Program-made: the position numbers and the translations under genes | Shown here: positions 28,546 to 38,187 of the stretch, in pieces | Position numbering within the stretch: the stretch's first letter is position 1 | Layout: each line of letters begins with the position of its first letter | Notes under the pieces: generated by a model | Database searches by the model: none | Seen by the model: only the letters and a program-made list of their open reading frames with translations | Told to the model about the DNA's origin: nothing | Source: Longimicrobiales bacterium | GTDB taxonomy: Bacteria > Gemmatimonadota > Gemmatimonadetes > Longimicrobiales > Gaopeijiaceae | Length of the DNA: 64,000 bases | Direction of reading: 5' to 3' | NCBI GenBank assembly: GCA_041690395.1 | Contig: JAWLHJ010000005.1 | Coordinates: forward strand, 448,001-512,000

Positions 28546-29807
28546 CGATCCCGATCATGGGCTTCCTGCTCCTGGTGTCCGCCATGGCGGCGGCGGCAGC
28601 CTGGACGGCCGAGAAAGGCCTCCGGTTGGCCGGACTCCCCGCTCGGTTTCCCTGGATGGCCGCGATGGTGGCGGGCCCCGCCCTGCTCGTGGCTTACGCG
28701 GTCCTCCCCGCCGGGGGCTTGGCCGCGGGGCCTGCGGGCGTCCCCGCTGGGCTCGTCATCGAGATCCCCGGACTGGAGCTGGGCGGCGCGACGGGCGTGG
28801 GCGTGACGCTGGAGCGGGCCGCGATCGTGCTGTGGCTGCTGTCCGGTCTCACCGTATTCGTGGTGCTCCTCCGAAGCCACCTCGCCCTCCGGAAGGCGCG
28901 CGGCAGCTGGCGGCCGGAGGTGGTGCACGGTCACCCGGTCTTCGTGTCCGCGTCGCTCGGCCCCGCCGTCGCGGGCGTCCTCCGACCCCGGACGGTCCTC
29001 CCCGCCTGGGCGCTCGAGCTGCCCGACGACCAGCTCAGGCTCGTTCTGGCGCACGAGAAGGAGCACGAGCGGGCGCGAGACCCGCAGTGGCTCGCCGCGG
29101 CGCTGCTGGTCGTAGGCGCGACCGCATGGAACCCCTTCGGCTGGTGGGCGCTCCGGCGCCTCAGGAGCGCGGTCGAGATCGATTGCGACCGACGGGTCCT
29201 GCGGCGCATGCCGACCACGAAAACCTACGGGGAGAGCCTGCTCGCGGTCGCGGCACGCATGCCCCGGTCGAGCATGGCTCTGGCCGCGTTCACCGAGTCA
29301 TCCCATTCCCTCGAACGGAGGTTGATCGCCATGACGACGCGCATATCCCGCGGCACGCAGATCACCGGTGTCGCCCTACTGGTGGCCGCCGCGCTCCTCG
29401 CCGTCCAGGCATGCGGGGTCGAGAGTCCGCTCACGGAGGCGGACGGAGCCCAGGAGGGCGCGACCGGCCCGGCCGTCGAGGCGAACCTGGCCTCCGGCCC
29501 CCAGTTCACTCCGTTCACGGACCCGCCGCAGATCACCAACCGGGACGAGGTCATCGAGGCGATGGAGCGTGAGTACCCGCCGCTTCTGCGTGAGGCGGGC
29601 ATCGGCGGCACGGTGCGCGTGTACTTCTTAATCACCGAGACCGGGCGGGTCGGGGAGCGGCGCATCGACCTGAGCAGCGGTCACGAGGCTCTCGACCGGG
29701 CCGCCCTGAACGTCGCCGAGGTCTACCGGTTCTCGCCTGCGCTGAACCGGGAGGACGCCGTCCCGGTCTGGGTCTCCTTCCCGATCACGTTCCAACCCGA
29801 CTCATGA
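28542..29807 (+). CDS. BlaR1-like M56 peptidase fused to a TonB C-terminal domain
   Basis: TM segments, GPAVAG, AHEKEH zinc motif, WNP, EIDCD, LERRL; C-terminal YPPLLREAGIGGTV...SSGHEALDRAAL...FSPA...VWVSFPITF. Confidence 0.9.
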   Translation: MTIPIMGFLLLVSAMAAAAAWTAEKGLRLAGLPARFPWMAAMVAGPALLVAYAVLPAGGLAAGPAGVPAGLVIEIPGLELGGATGVGVTLERAAIVLWLLSGLTVFVVLLRSHLALRKARGSWRPEVVHGHPVFVSASLGPAVAGVLRPRTVLPAWALELPDDQLRLVLAHEKEHERARDPQWLAAALLVVGATAWNPFGWWALRRLRSAVEIDCDRRVLRRMPTTKTYGESLLAVAARMPRSSMALAAFTESSHSLERRLIAMTTRISRGTQITGVALLVAAALLAVQACGVESPLTEADGAQEGATGPAVEANLASGPQFTPFTDPPQITNRDEVIEAMEREYPPLLREAGIGGTVRVYFLITETGRVGERRIDLSSGHEALDRAALNVAEVYRFSPALNREDAVPVWVSFPITFQPDS

Positions 29808-29962
29808 CCCGATGAAAGGTGGGTCCGGGCCACCCCTGGCCCGGGCCTGCCCGCGGACGTCGCTCGACGACCTGTCCGGGGGCTTCGGGACGCGACGCTG
29901 GCACGCTCCCTGCTCCGATACGAGCTTTGGAGCGTGCCCCGTACACCAACTTCGGAGGTTCC

Positions 29963-31141
29963 GTGTCCCGCGCCCGTTTCGTGTTTCCGGTGATCGCGCT
30001 GCTGTCCGTGGCGGCCTGCGGCACCAACGACGTCCCCAGCGGCGTCATCACCGACCGGTTGGCCGCCGAGCTCGAGCTCGTCGTGGACGGACTCGACGCG
30101 CCCGTCTTCGTGACCACCGCGCCGGGGGACTTCGGGGACCGTCTGTTCGTGGTCGAGCAGGGGGGGCTGGTGCGCATCGTCGAGAATGGCACGCTGCTCT
30201 CCGAGCCGTTCCTGGATCTCACGGCGGAGGTGATGGCGGGCGGTGAGCAGGGGCTCCTGGGGCTGGCGTTCGACCCGGCGTACGGGGCCAACGGCTTCTT
30301 CTTCGTGAACTACACGGACCTGAACGGCGACACGCGCATCGTGCGCTACACGGTCTCGGCCGACGAGAACGTGGCGGACGAGAGCTCCGCGCTCGACATC
30401 CTGGTGGTCGAGCAGCCCTACGCCAACCACAACGGCGGCATGTTGGCCTTCGGTCCGTTCGACGACTACCTGTACGTGGGGCTGGGCGACGGCGGGGGCA
30501 CCGGAGATCCGGAGAACAACGCGCAGGATCCGAGCACGCTCCTCGGGTCCATGCTGCGCATCGACGTTCTCGGCGCGGACGCGGACGACCCGTACTTCAT
30601 CCCCTTCGGCAACCCGTTCGTGAACGTGCAGGAGTTCCGGGCCGAGGTCTGGTCGTTCGGCCTCCGCAACCCGTGGCGGTACTCGTTCGATCGCCAGACC
30701 GGGGATCTCTACATCGCCGACGTGGGCCAGAACGCGATGGAGGAGGTCTCGGTGCAACCCGCCTCGAGCGATGGCGGCGAGAACTACGGATGGCGGCGGA
30801 TGGAGGGGACGAGCTGCTACGACCCGTCGACGGGGTGCAACCAGGGCGGCCTGGTGCTCCCGGCCTACGAGTACCCGCATACGGAAGGGTGCTCGATCAC
30901 GGGCGGGTACGTGTACCGGGGCGACGCTATTCCCGAGCTGCAGGGCCGTTACCTGTTCGCCGATTACTGCGAGGGATGGGTCCGGAGCTTCCAGCTCGCC
31001 GGTGGGTCGGCGACCGACGTCCAGGACCACTCGGACGAGCTCGCGCCGGGCGGCAACGTCGTCTCGTTCGGACAGGACAACGAGGGCGAGCTGTACGTGG
31101 TCGAGCAGGGTGGGGCGGTGTACCGGATCGTCCCGAGCTAG
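29963..31141 (+). CDS. PQQ-dependent glucose/sorbosone dehydrogenase family lipoprotein
   Basis: GGAGG SD + GTG; lipobox VAAC; GEQGLLGLAFDP, NHNGG, GDGG, GLRNPWRYSFD, ADVGQ, SITGGYVYRG. Confidence 0.9.
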   Translation: MSRARFVFPVIALLSVAACGTNDVPSGVITDRLAAELELVVDGLDAPVFVTTAPGDFGDRLFVVEQGGLVRIVENGTLLSEPFLDLTAEVMAGGEQGLLGLAFDPAYGANGFFFVNYTDLNGDTRIVRYTVSADENVADESSALDILVVEQPYANHNGGMLAFGPFDDYLYVGLGDGGGTGDPENNAQDPSTLLGSMLRIDVLGADADDPYFIPFGNPFVNVQEFRAEVWSFGLRNPWRYSFDRQTGDLYIADVGQNAMEEVSVQPASSDGGENYGWRRMEGTSCYDPSTGCNQGGLVLPAYEYPHTEGCSITGGYVYRGDAIPELQGRYLFADYCEGWVRSFQLAGGSATDVQDHSDELAPGGNVVSFGQDNEGELYVVEQGGAVYRIVPS

Positions 31142-31159
31142 CGCCGGCCCGCTTTCGCC

Positions 31160-32641
31160 TCAGGGCCTCATGGGCGGAACGACCTCGACCTCGCCGAAGT
31201 CACGCAGCTGGGGGAGCGCCACCTCGGGATCCCCCGTGACCACGAGCAGCATGTCGTCCGGGCGGAAGTAGTCGCGCGCCGTCCGCTGCACGTCCTCCGG
31301 CGTGACCGCCTGGATCCGCTCGACGTAGTCCGTCAGGTACTCCGGCGGCAGCCCGTGGAGGTCGAGGTACGAGAGCTGTCCGACGATCCCGGCCCGGCTC
31401 GAGTTCTGCAGCACGAAGATGCCGCCGAGGTAGTTGCGGATCCCCGCGAGCTCGGCCTCCGGCGGCGCCTCCTCCCTCAGCCGCTCGATCTCGGTCAGGA
31501 TCTCCGTGACGGCGGGGCCGGTCACGTCCGACGCGACGTCGGCCGTCTGGACCCAGTAGGCGGACCGGTATCGGCTCGAGACGAGGCTCTGCGGCGAGTA
31601 GGTGTAGCCTTTGTCCTCGCGGATGTTGCGCGTGATGCGTGAGCCGAAGGCGCCGCCCAGGAGCGCGTTCGTGACCTGGAGGCGCACGTAGTCCTCGTGG
31701 GAGGGGTCGACCACCGGGAGCCCCAGGTAGATCGTCGACTGTGGGGCGTCCGGGCGCTCGACCAGCACCACTCCCGAGGGGGTCGCGGCCGTCACGGGCT
31801 CGGGGGCCGTCGCCGACCCGCCCGACCAGGAATCGAACGCCTCCTCGACCGCGGCTCGGACCTCGCCGGCGTCGAAGCGGCCGTTTACGTACAGGTGGGC
31901 GCCCGCCGGGGCGTACTGCTCCGACCAGAACGACCGGATGGCGTCGAGCGTGAAGCCCTCCACGACGTCGACGGTGGGCAGGGGCCGCCCGTACGGGTGA
32001 TCCGGGTAGATGCGCCGCAGGAACTCGACCTGGGTGAGCGTTCCGGGCTGTTGCAGGGCCACGCTGAGCTGCCGGGTCCGGTTGTTCTTCAGCCGGTCGA
32101 GCTCGGACTCGGGAAGCGCGGGGTTGCGCACCACGTCGGCGACGAGGGCGACGAGGTCCGACGCGAACTCCTGGAGGACGTCGCCGCCCACGCTGGTTCG
32201 GTCCTGGCCCACGCCGAGGGAGAGAGAGCCTCCCATGGACGCTGCCTCGGTGGCGATCTGCTCGGCGGACCGGGTGGTCGTCCCTTCCTGGACGAGGTCG
32301 CCCGTGAGTGCGGCGAGCCAGATCTCGTCGGCCCCCTCGTCCACGCTCCCGGTCGGCAGGACCAGACGCACGGTCGCCTTTGGCGTCGCGCCGTACGGAA
32401 CGAGCGTCACGGTGAGGCCGTTGGCGAGCGTGTAGCGCTCGATCTCCGGGAGTGGGAACGGGCGCGGCTCACCGATCTCCGGGCGGGGCGCTGGCTCCTG
32501 CGCGTGCACGGCGCCCGGTGCGAGCGTCAGGGCGACGGCCGCCGCCACCGCGCGGGCGCTCCGGCGGCACCACCGTGCCCGGCTCGTCACGCGCCTCGCC
32601 GCGGTCCCGCAGGTGGGCGGGGTCTTCCGCCGCGGCCTCAT
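31160..32641 (-). CDS. M16 family peptidase, non-catalytic subunit
   Basis: LANGL, HPYG, LGGAFGSRITRNIREDKGYTY, IQAVTPEDVQ; lacks HxxEH; ATGA-coupled to the upstream gene. Confidence 0.88.
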   Translation of the reverse strand: MRPRRKTPPTCGTAARRVTSRARWCRRSARAVAAAVALTLAPGAVHAQEPAPRPEIGEPRPFPLPEIERYTLANGLTVTLVPYGATPKATVRLVLPTGSVDEGADEIWLAALTGDLVQEGTTTRSAEQIATEAASMGGSLSLGVGQDRTSVGGDVLQEFASDLVALVADVVRNPALPESELDRLKNNRTRQLSVALQQPGTLTQVEFLRRIYPDHPYGRPLPTVDVVEGFTLDAIRSFWSEQYAPAGAHLYVNGRFDAGEVRAAVEEAFDSWSGGSATAPEPVTAATPSGVVLVERPDAPQSTIYLGLPVVDPSHEDYVRLQVTNALLGGAFGSRITRNIREDKGYTYSPQSLVSSRYRSAYWVQTADVASDVTGPAVTEILTEIERLREEAPPEAELAGIRNYLGGIFVLQNSSRAGIVGQLSYLDLHGLPPEYLTDYVERIQAVTPEDVQRTARDYFRPDDMLLVVTGDPEVALPQLRDFGEVEVVPPMRP

Positions 32642-34053
32642 CGTGCACCTCCCTGGCCGGCCGTGGGCTCGAGGACGAGGACCGTTCGGTTCGTCGGTCG
32701 CAGGTATTCCTGTGCCGCCTCCCGGATCTGCTCGGCGGTGACGCCCGCGAACCGGTCCTCGATGCGGTTGATCCCGGACGGGTCGTCGTCGAACAGCGCG
32801 AACGAGGCCAGCAGGTCCGCCCGGCCGAACCCGAACAGGCCCTCGATCTGGTCGTACAGATTCGAGCGCGCCTTCACCCGGGCCCGGGCGAGCGTCGCCG
32901 AGTCCACCACCTCGGTGCGCGCTCGCTCGATCACGGCGTCCACCACGGACTCGATCGAGTCGGCGGCCATGTCCGCGTCGTGGATCAGCGAGAACGACCA
33001 GAGCATCGGGCCGTCGTAGTTGAACAGGTTGCCGAGCGCGTTGACGCCCCCGCTCACGCCGCCGGTCAGCCCCTCCCGCTGAACCAGGGCCTGATGCAGC
33101 CACGAGTCGTCGCCCTGCAGGAGGATCTGGTCGAGGAGGCCCATCGCCCAGTACGCGTCCGAGCCCCGCTCCGGCATGCGGTAGCCGAACGCCACCGCCG
33201 GCCGGTTGGCGAGCGGATCGGTACGGGTGTGGCGCCGCTCGGCGTCCTGGCGGGCTTCCGACACGTCCGGGCGCTCGACGCCCGTGCCCCGTGGGATATC
33301 CCCGAAATACCGCTCGATCCACGCCATCGTGGTCTCGGGCTCGAAGTCGCCGACCATGACGAGGACGGCGTTGTCGGGCGCGTAGTACCGGTCGAAGAAC
33401 GAGCGGACATCCTCGAGCGTCGCGGCGTCGAGATCGGTGAAGTCGCCGTAGAAGTTGTGTGCGTTGTGCCAGTTGTCGAACGCGAGCTGCGGCAGGTCGA
33501 GCCAGGGAAAGCCGCCGTACGGCTGGTTCAGGACGTTCACCCGCACCTCGTTCTTCACGACCTCGCGCTGGTTGACGAGCCGGTCGTCGGTGATGGCGAG
33601 CCCGCGCATGCGGTCGGCCTCGGCCCAGAGGATCGTCTCGAGCGTGTGGGCCGGCACGATCTGGAAGTAGTTCGTGAAGTCGAAGCGGGTGGAACCGTTG
33701 AGCACCCCGCCGTTCTCCTCGACGAGCTGAACGAACTCCATCGTGCCGAGGCTCTCGGAGCCCTGGAACATCATGTGCTCGAAGAGGTGCGCGAAGCCGG
33801 TGCGGCCCTGTGGCTCGACGCGGAAGCCCACCTCGTAGTAGACCGCCACGGTCACGGTCGGTGCCGTGTGGTCCTCGGACAGGACGACCCGGAGACCGTT
33901 GTCGAGCGAGTCGTAGACGACGGGTACCGAGTAGCCTGCGCCTGCCCCCGCGTCGCCTCCCGTGTCGCTTCCGCCACACGCGGTCGCCGCGAGAGCGAGC
34001 AGCACCGCGAGGACTGCGGCCTTGGGGATGTCACGTCTGGGGCTGGTCTCCAT
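32638..34053 (-). CDS. M16 family zinc peptidase, catalytic subunit (lipoprotein)
   Basis: GFAHLFEHMMFQGS (HxxEH), LNGSTRFDFTNYF, VVKNE; lipobox ATAC. Confidence 0.92.
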   Translation of the reverse strand: METSPRRDIPKAAVLAVLLALAATACGGSDTGGDAGAGAGYSVPVVYDSLDNGLRVVLSEDHTAPTVTVAVYYEVGFRVEPQGRTGFAHLFEHMMFQGSESLGTMEFVQLVEENGGVLNGSTRFDFTNYFQIVPAHTLETILWAEADRMRGLAITDDRLVNQREVVKNEVRVNVLNQPYGGFPWLDLPQLAFDNWHNAHNFYGDFTDLDAATLEDVRSFFDRYYAPDNAVLVMVGDFEPETTMAWIERYFGDIPRGTGVERPDVSEARQDAERRHTRTDPLANRPAVAFGYRMPERGSDAYWAMGLLDQILLQGDDSWLHQALVQREGLTGGVSGGVNALGNLFNYDGPMLWSFSLIHDADMAADSIESVVDAVIERARTEVVDSATLARARVKARSNLYDQIEGLFGFGRADLLASFALFDDDPSGINRIEDRFAGVTAEQIREAAQEYLRPTNRTVLVLEPTAGQGGAR

Positions 34054-34228
34054 TTCCACCTCTCCGCTTCGTCGTCCCGGGTGTCCGGCACCGTACGGAC
34101 CGGCGCTCCGCCGCGTTTCGCGGGGGTGGCGTCATCGGCCCGTCCGTACATCTTAAGCTTGACCTGATTCGGACGCACGGGGCGCGGGACGACCCGCCCA
34201 GCGCCACGGAAGACATAGGAGATTCGAC

Positions 34229-35602
34229 GTGACCCGACGCACCCTCGGCTCGACCCTCGGCCTCGCGGCCGCCCTCACCCTGACGCCACTGGCCGTGTCG
34301 GCGCAGGACGCGCCGCCCCCCGAGCTCGACCCGCGCCTCTACGACGTCGCGACCGCGGCTTCGACGGAGCAGGTCGAATCGTACGTCCGGACGCTCGCCG
34401 ACTTCGGCACGCGGAACACGCTGTCCGACACCGTGTCGACCACGCGCGGCATCGGAGCGGCCCGGCGCTGGATCAAGGACGAGTTCGACCGCATCAGCGC
34501 GGCCTGCGGGGGATGCCTGGAGGTCTCGTACCACCGGACGTTCATGGAGGCGGAGGGCCGGATCACCGAGCCCGTCGAGATCGTGAACGTCGTTGCGATC
34601 CTGCGCGGCACCGAGCACCCGAACCGGTACGTCATCATGTCGGGCGACATCGACTCGCGCGCCTCCGACGGATCGGACGGCGTGACCGACGCGCCGGGCG
34701 CCAACGACAACGCGTCGGGGATGGCCGGCACGATCGAGGCCGCGCGGATCCTATCGCAGTACGAGTTCCCGTCGAGCATCGCGTTCATCGGCCTGTCCGG
34801 TGAGGAGCAGGGGCTCTGGGGTGGCCAGTACCTGGCGGCCGACGCGGTCGAGCAGGGGTGGGACATCGCGGCGGTCATCAACAACGACATGATCGGCAAC
34901 ATCGCCGGCATCGACGGCGTCATCGACAACACGATCTTCCGTGTGTTCAGCGAGCCGACCCCCGTGGAGGGACACGGGCCGGACGGGTGGAACTACCGCG
35001 TCTACGGCGGTGAGGTCGACGGACCGTCGCGCCAGATCGCGCGCTACGTGGACCGGGTGGCCGAACGGTTCTTCCCGAACCTCGACGCGATGATGATCTA
35101 CCGGCTCGACCGCTTCGGGCGCGGCGGGCACCACCGGCCGTTCAACGACGCCGGCTTCCCGGGCGTGCGCATCATGGAGGCCCACGAGCACTACGACCGG
35201 CAGCACCAGGACATCCGGGTGGAGAACGGCCGTGAGTACGGGGACGTGATCGACGGCGTCGACTTCGACTTCGCGGCGAAGATGACCAGCCTGAACGCGA
35301 CCGTGCTCGCCGCCATGGCCTGGGGACCGCCGGCGCCGACCAACGTCCAGATCGGCGGCGCAGTGCGGCCGAGTACCACGCTGGCCTGGGACGCGGTCGA
35401 CGACCCGAACCTCGCGGGCTACAAGGTCTACTGGAGGCTCACGACCGAGCCGCAGTGGCAGTGGTCGCGCTGGGTCGGAGCCGTCACCGAGTTCACGATG
35501 GAGAACGTCGTGATCGACAACTACCTCTTCGGTGTGGCGGCCGTGGGTCGGGACGGCAACGAGAGCCCGGTGGCCTTCCCGACGTCGCTGCTGCGCCGGT
35601 AG
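34229..35602 (+). CDS. Secreted M28 family peptidase with C-terminal Fn3-like domain
   Basis: Signal peptide (VSA-Q); APGANDNASG, SGEEQGL, NNDMIG; AGGAG SD. Confidence 0.9.
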   Translation: MTRRTLGSTLGLAAALTLTPLAVSAQDAPPPELDPRLYDVATAASTEQVESYVRTLADFGTRNTLSDTVSTTRGIGAARRWIKDEFDRISAACGGCLEVSYHRTFMEAEGRITEPVEIVNVVAILRGTEHPNRYVIMSGDIDSRASDGSDGVTDAPGANDNASGMAGTIEAARILSQYEFPSSIAFIGLSGEEQGLWGGQYLAADAVEQGWDIAAVINNDMIGNIAGIDGVIDNTIFRVFSEPTPVEGHGPDGWNYRVYGGEVDGPSRQIARYVDRVAERFFPNLDAMMIYRLDRFGRGGHHRPFNDAGFPGVRIMEAHEHYDRQHQDIRVENGREYGDVIDGVDFDFAAKMTSLNATVLAAMAWGPPAPTNVQIGGAVRPSTTLAWDAVDDPNLAGYKVYWRLTTEPQWQWSRWVGAVTEFTMENVVIDNYLFGVAAVGRDGNESPVAFPTSLLRR

Positions 35603-35644
35603 CGGGCTTCGGGCCCCGACCCGACCCCGCGATCGCCCCCGCCC

Positions 35645-35950
35645 ATGGACCGCACGGACGTCTTCGCACGCGACGGTTACCGGTGTGTGTACTGCGGGCA
35701 GGCCGATCCCGACGTCGAGCTCAGCGTGGATCACGTGGAGCCGCGCATGCGAGGCGGGGACAACAGCCGCGGCAACCTGGTGACGGCCTGCGTCGACTGT
35801 AATCGCCAGAAGGGCGGGCAGCCGGCGTGGGCCTACCTCCAGGACCGTGACGAGGAGCGCCGCTCGTTCCTCGCCCGGGCCGACTACATCTGGCCGCGAT
35901 TGCGGAACGCTGTGGTCGAGGCGGCCGAGAAGGCGGGCCGGCGGGGCTGA
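35645..35950 (+). CDS. Small HNH endonuclease
   Basis: RDGYRCVYCG...SVDHVEP..RGG....NLVTACVDCNRQKG. Confidence 0.9.
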   Translation: MDRTDVFARDGYRCVYCGQADPDVELSVDHVEPRMRGGDNSRGNLVTACVDCNRQKGGQPAWAYLQDRDEERRSFLARADYIWPRLRNAVVEAAEKAGRRG

Positions 35951-36058
35951 GGTGGCGGGCGCGGTTTGAGGCGGCGGGCGCGGCTGAGGCGGGCCGGCGC
36001 GGCCGAGGTGCCCCGGCGCGGTTGAGCCCGCCCGGCGCGGCTGAGCGGCCCGGCGGAG
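35940..36058 (+). repeat. Tandem mini-array, 18-19-bp period, core GGCGCGGYYGAG with 6-7-nt variable linkers
   Basis: Cores start at 35940, 35958, 35977, 35996, 36015, 36034, plus a degenerate one at 36052. Confidence 0.8.
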
Positions 36059-36324
36059 ACCCGGCACAGACCGTGGCCAGGTCGAGCTCCCCGGCGAAAA
36101 TCTGACACGGACGGCGTTCCGGGGCACGGCTGGGCGGATTCACCGCCTCATTCGGCGGAAAACCACCTGGTGATCGTCCAGGTCAACGCCGCCTTTGCAT
36201 TTTTCTGCCGCTCAGCGACGGGAATCCGACATTGGGGTCGTGGGCGCCGCACGAATGTACGGATTTCCCCCTTCGGCCCCGTGCGTGCGCTCACGGGCGC
36301 TTCACCCGGCGGGGCGGCCGCGCG

Positions 36325-37524
36325 CTATCCGCGCGGCGATCCCTCCAACAGCCCCTCGAGCGGCTCCTCGCGCGCACCCCCCTCATCGCACACGCAGAAG
36401 TTCGACTCCCCGGTGCCGTAGAGCGCCACGCCAGCGTAGTCACCCTCCTTGTTCAAGATGAAGAAGCGCACGTCGAAGTTCGGGAGGCCTCGCTCGTTCA
36501 GGAGCCTCGGCTCGACGGTGTTGGCCTGGATGCGGCGCAGCGCGGCCATGCCGGCGTCTTTCGGGCTCATCCCCTGGCGCATCATCTCGACGATGAGGAA
36601 CGACGCGCACGAGTAGATGTTCGCCTCGCCACGCCCGGTCGATCCGGCCGCGCCGACCTCGTTGTCGACGTACTGACCGGCACCCAGCAGCGGCGAGTCG
36701 CCCACCCGCCCGGGGATCTTCCACGCGAGCCCGCTGGTCGTCGTCACACCGCAGAGGTCGCCGTCGGCGTTGACGCCCTCGATGGACGTCGTGCCCCAGA
36801 ACGAGCTCTCGGGGATCAGGCCGTCGTCCACCATGGAGAGCCCGGCCTCGAGCGCGGCATCGGCGAAGCCCGGTCCGGGCGGCGGCCGGCCGATGAGGTC
36901 CGGATCGGTCACCTCTCCGGCCCGGCCCTGTCCGCGGAGTCGCTCCTCCGGGTCCAGCCAGTGGCTCGGGTCGACCCGGCGACGCCACTCGAGCCAGAGC
37001 TCGCGCGACCGATCGGTGTTCAGGTCGTCTTCGACGGTGAAGCCGAGCGAGCGCGCGAACTCTCGTGCGCCCTCTCCCACCAGGAGGTGGTGGTCCGTGA
37101 GCTCCGCGACCGCCTTGGCGATCAGCGACGGAGTCCGGATGCCCTCGATGGAGGCGACGCCGCCCGCCCACTTCCGCGGGCCGTGCATCACGCAGGAGTC
37201 GAGCTGCACGACACCTTCGGCGTTCGGAAGCCCCCCGAACCCGATGCCCGACTCCTCCGGGTCCAACTCGGGGATGTTGGCGCCCGCGACCAGAGCGTCG
37301 AGGACGTCTTCACCCCCGGTGATGCCCCGGTACGCCCGCTCGATGGCGCTCTCCGGTCCACCGTTCCGGTAGCGGATGGCGCTCACGTCGGCCACGCAGC
37401 GGGCGGTGGCGCGGCGGCCCCGCTTCACGAACGGGGCCTCCACCGTTGCGGCGCCGAGCGCTCCGGGCAACGAAACGGTGGCGATACCTGCGGCGGTGGA
37501 CTTCACGAAGTTACGGCGGTCCAT
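36325..37524 (-). CDS. Tat-exported Ntn-hydrolase, glycosylasparaginase/isoaspartyl peptidase family
   Basis: MDRRNFVK twin-arginine signal; GFGGLPN..GVVQLDS.VM.G; G|TT nucleophile site; TTTSG; GRVGDSP; STGRGE. Confidence 0.9.
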   Translation of the reverse strand: MDRRNFVKSTAAGIATVSLPGALGAATVEAPFVKRGRRATARCVADVSAIRYRNGGPESAIERAYRGITGGEDVLDALVAGANIPELDPEESGIGFGGLPNAEGVVQLDSCVMHGPRKWAGGVASIEGIRTPSLIAKAVAELTDHHLLVGEGAREFARSLGFTVEDDLNTDRSRELWLEWRRRVDPSHWLDPEERLRGQGRAGEVTDPDLIGRPPPGPGFADAALEAGLSMVDDGLIPESSFWGTTSIEGVNADGDLCGVTTTSGLAWKIPGRVGDSPLLGAGQYVDNEVGAAGSTGRGEANIYSCASFLIVEMMRQGMSPKDAGMAALRRIQANTVEPRLLNERGLPNFDVRFFILNKEGDYAGVALYGTGESNFCVCDEGGAREEPLEGLLEGSPRG

Positions 37525-37637
37525 AATGATCTCCCGGCGAATTCCCGATTCTTCCGACTCCTGAAGGAGCATAGCGCGTAGGCGCCTCGGTCGCGATGTT
37601 CCGGGGGTGAATCCTCACTCTTCGGTCGGGAGGGATC

Positions 37638-38165
37638 GTGTCTGGGATCAAGCAAGAGCGACCCGGGGTCGTGGCAGGCGTCTTCGAGGACCAGGAAGCC
37701 GCGGCCCAGGCCATCGCGGGGCTCGTCGAGGCTCATTTCGAGCCGAATGACGACATCTCCGTCGTGCTGACGGATGAATGGACGGCCGAGCATGAATCCG
37801 TCCCGATCAGGGACGAGTTGGAGATGATAGAAGGAGCCAAGCTCGGTGGCGGCATCGGGGCAGTCATCGGTGCGACCGGTGCGGCGATGGTGGCCGCCGG
37901 CGTCCTGGCCGGACCGGCGGCCTTGGTCGCGGTCGGACCCGTGATCGCGGCGCTCGAAGGCGGTTTGGCCGTGGGCGCCTTCGGCACCGTCGCCGGATGG
38001 CTGGTCGGCCTCGGGATCATGCGCGAGGAAGCGGACTTCCATGCCGCGCACATCAAGGAAGGCTCGGTGTGGGTGGGCGTGCACGCGACCGGGGAACGGG
38101 CCGAGAGGGCCCACGAGGTGCTCGCCGAGGCCGGGGCGAAGTTCTACGACGAGACGGTGCCTTGA
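37638..38165 (+). CDS. Hypothetical membrane protein (general-stress-protein-like glycine zipper)
   Basis: VAGVFED..AA..AI..L, Gly/Ala-rich hydrophobic core, GLGI..EEA......IKEG.V.V.V; GGAGG SD. Confidence 0.75.
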   Translation: MSGIKQERPGVVAGVFEDQEAAAQAIAGLVEAHFEPNDDISVVLTDEWTAEHESVPIRDELEMIEGAKLGGGIGAVIGATGAAMVAAGVLAGPAALVAVGPVIAALEGGLAVGAFGTVAGWLVGLGIMREEADFHAAHIKEGSVWVGVHATGERAERAHEVLAEAGAKFYDETVP

Positions 38166-38187
38166 GTGGACGGGGCGCAGGTGGGGC

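Noticed and set aside
35940..36058. CRISPR or TIGR-Tas array
   Set aside because: The 12-nt core and 6-7-nt linkers are far too short for CRISPR and no cas genes are present. There are no alternating edge/loop repeats, and the HNH protein is too small to hold a Nop domain.
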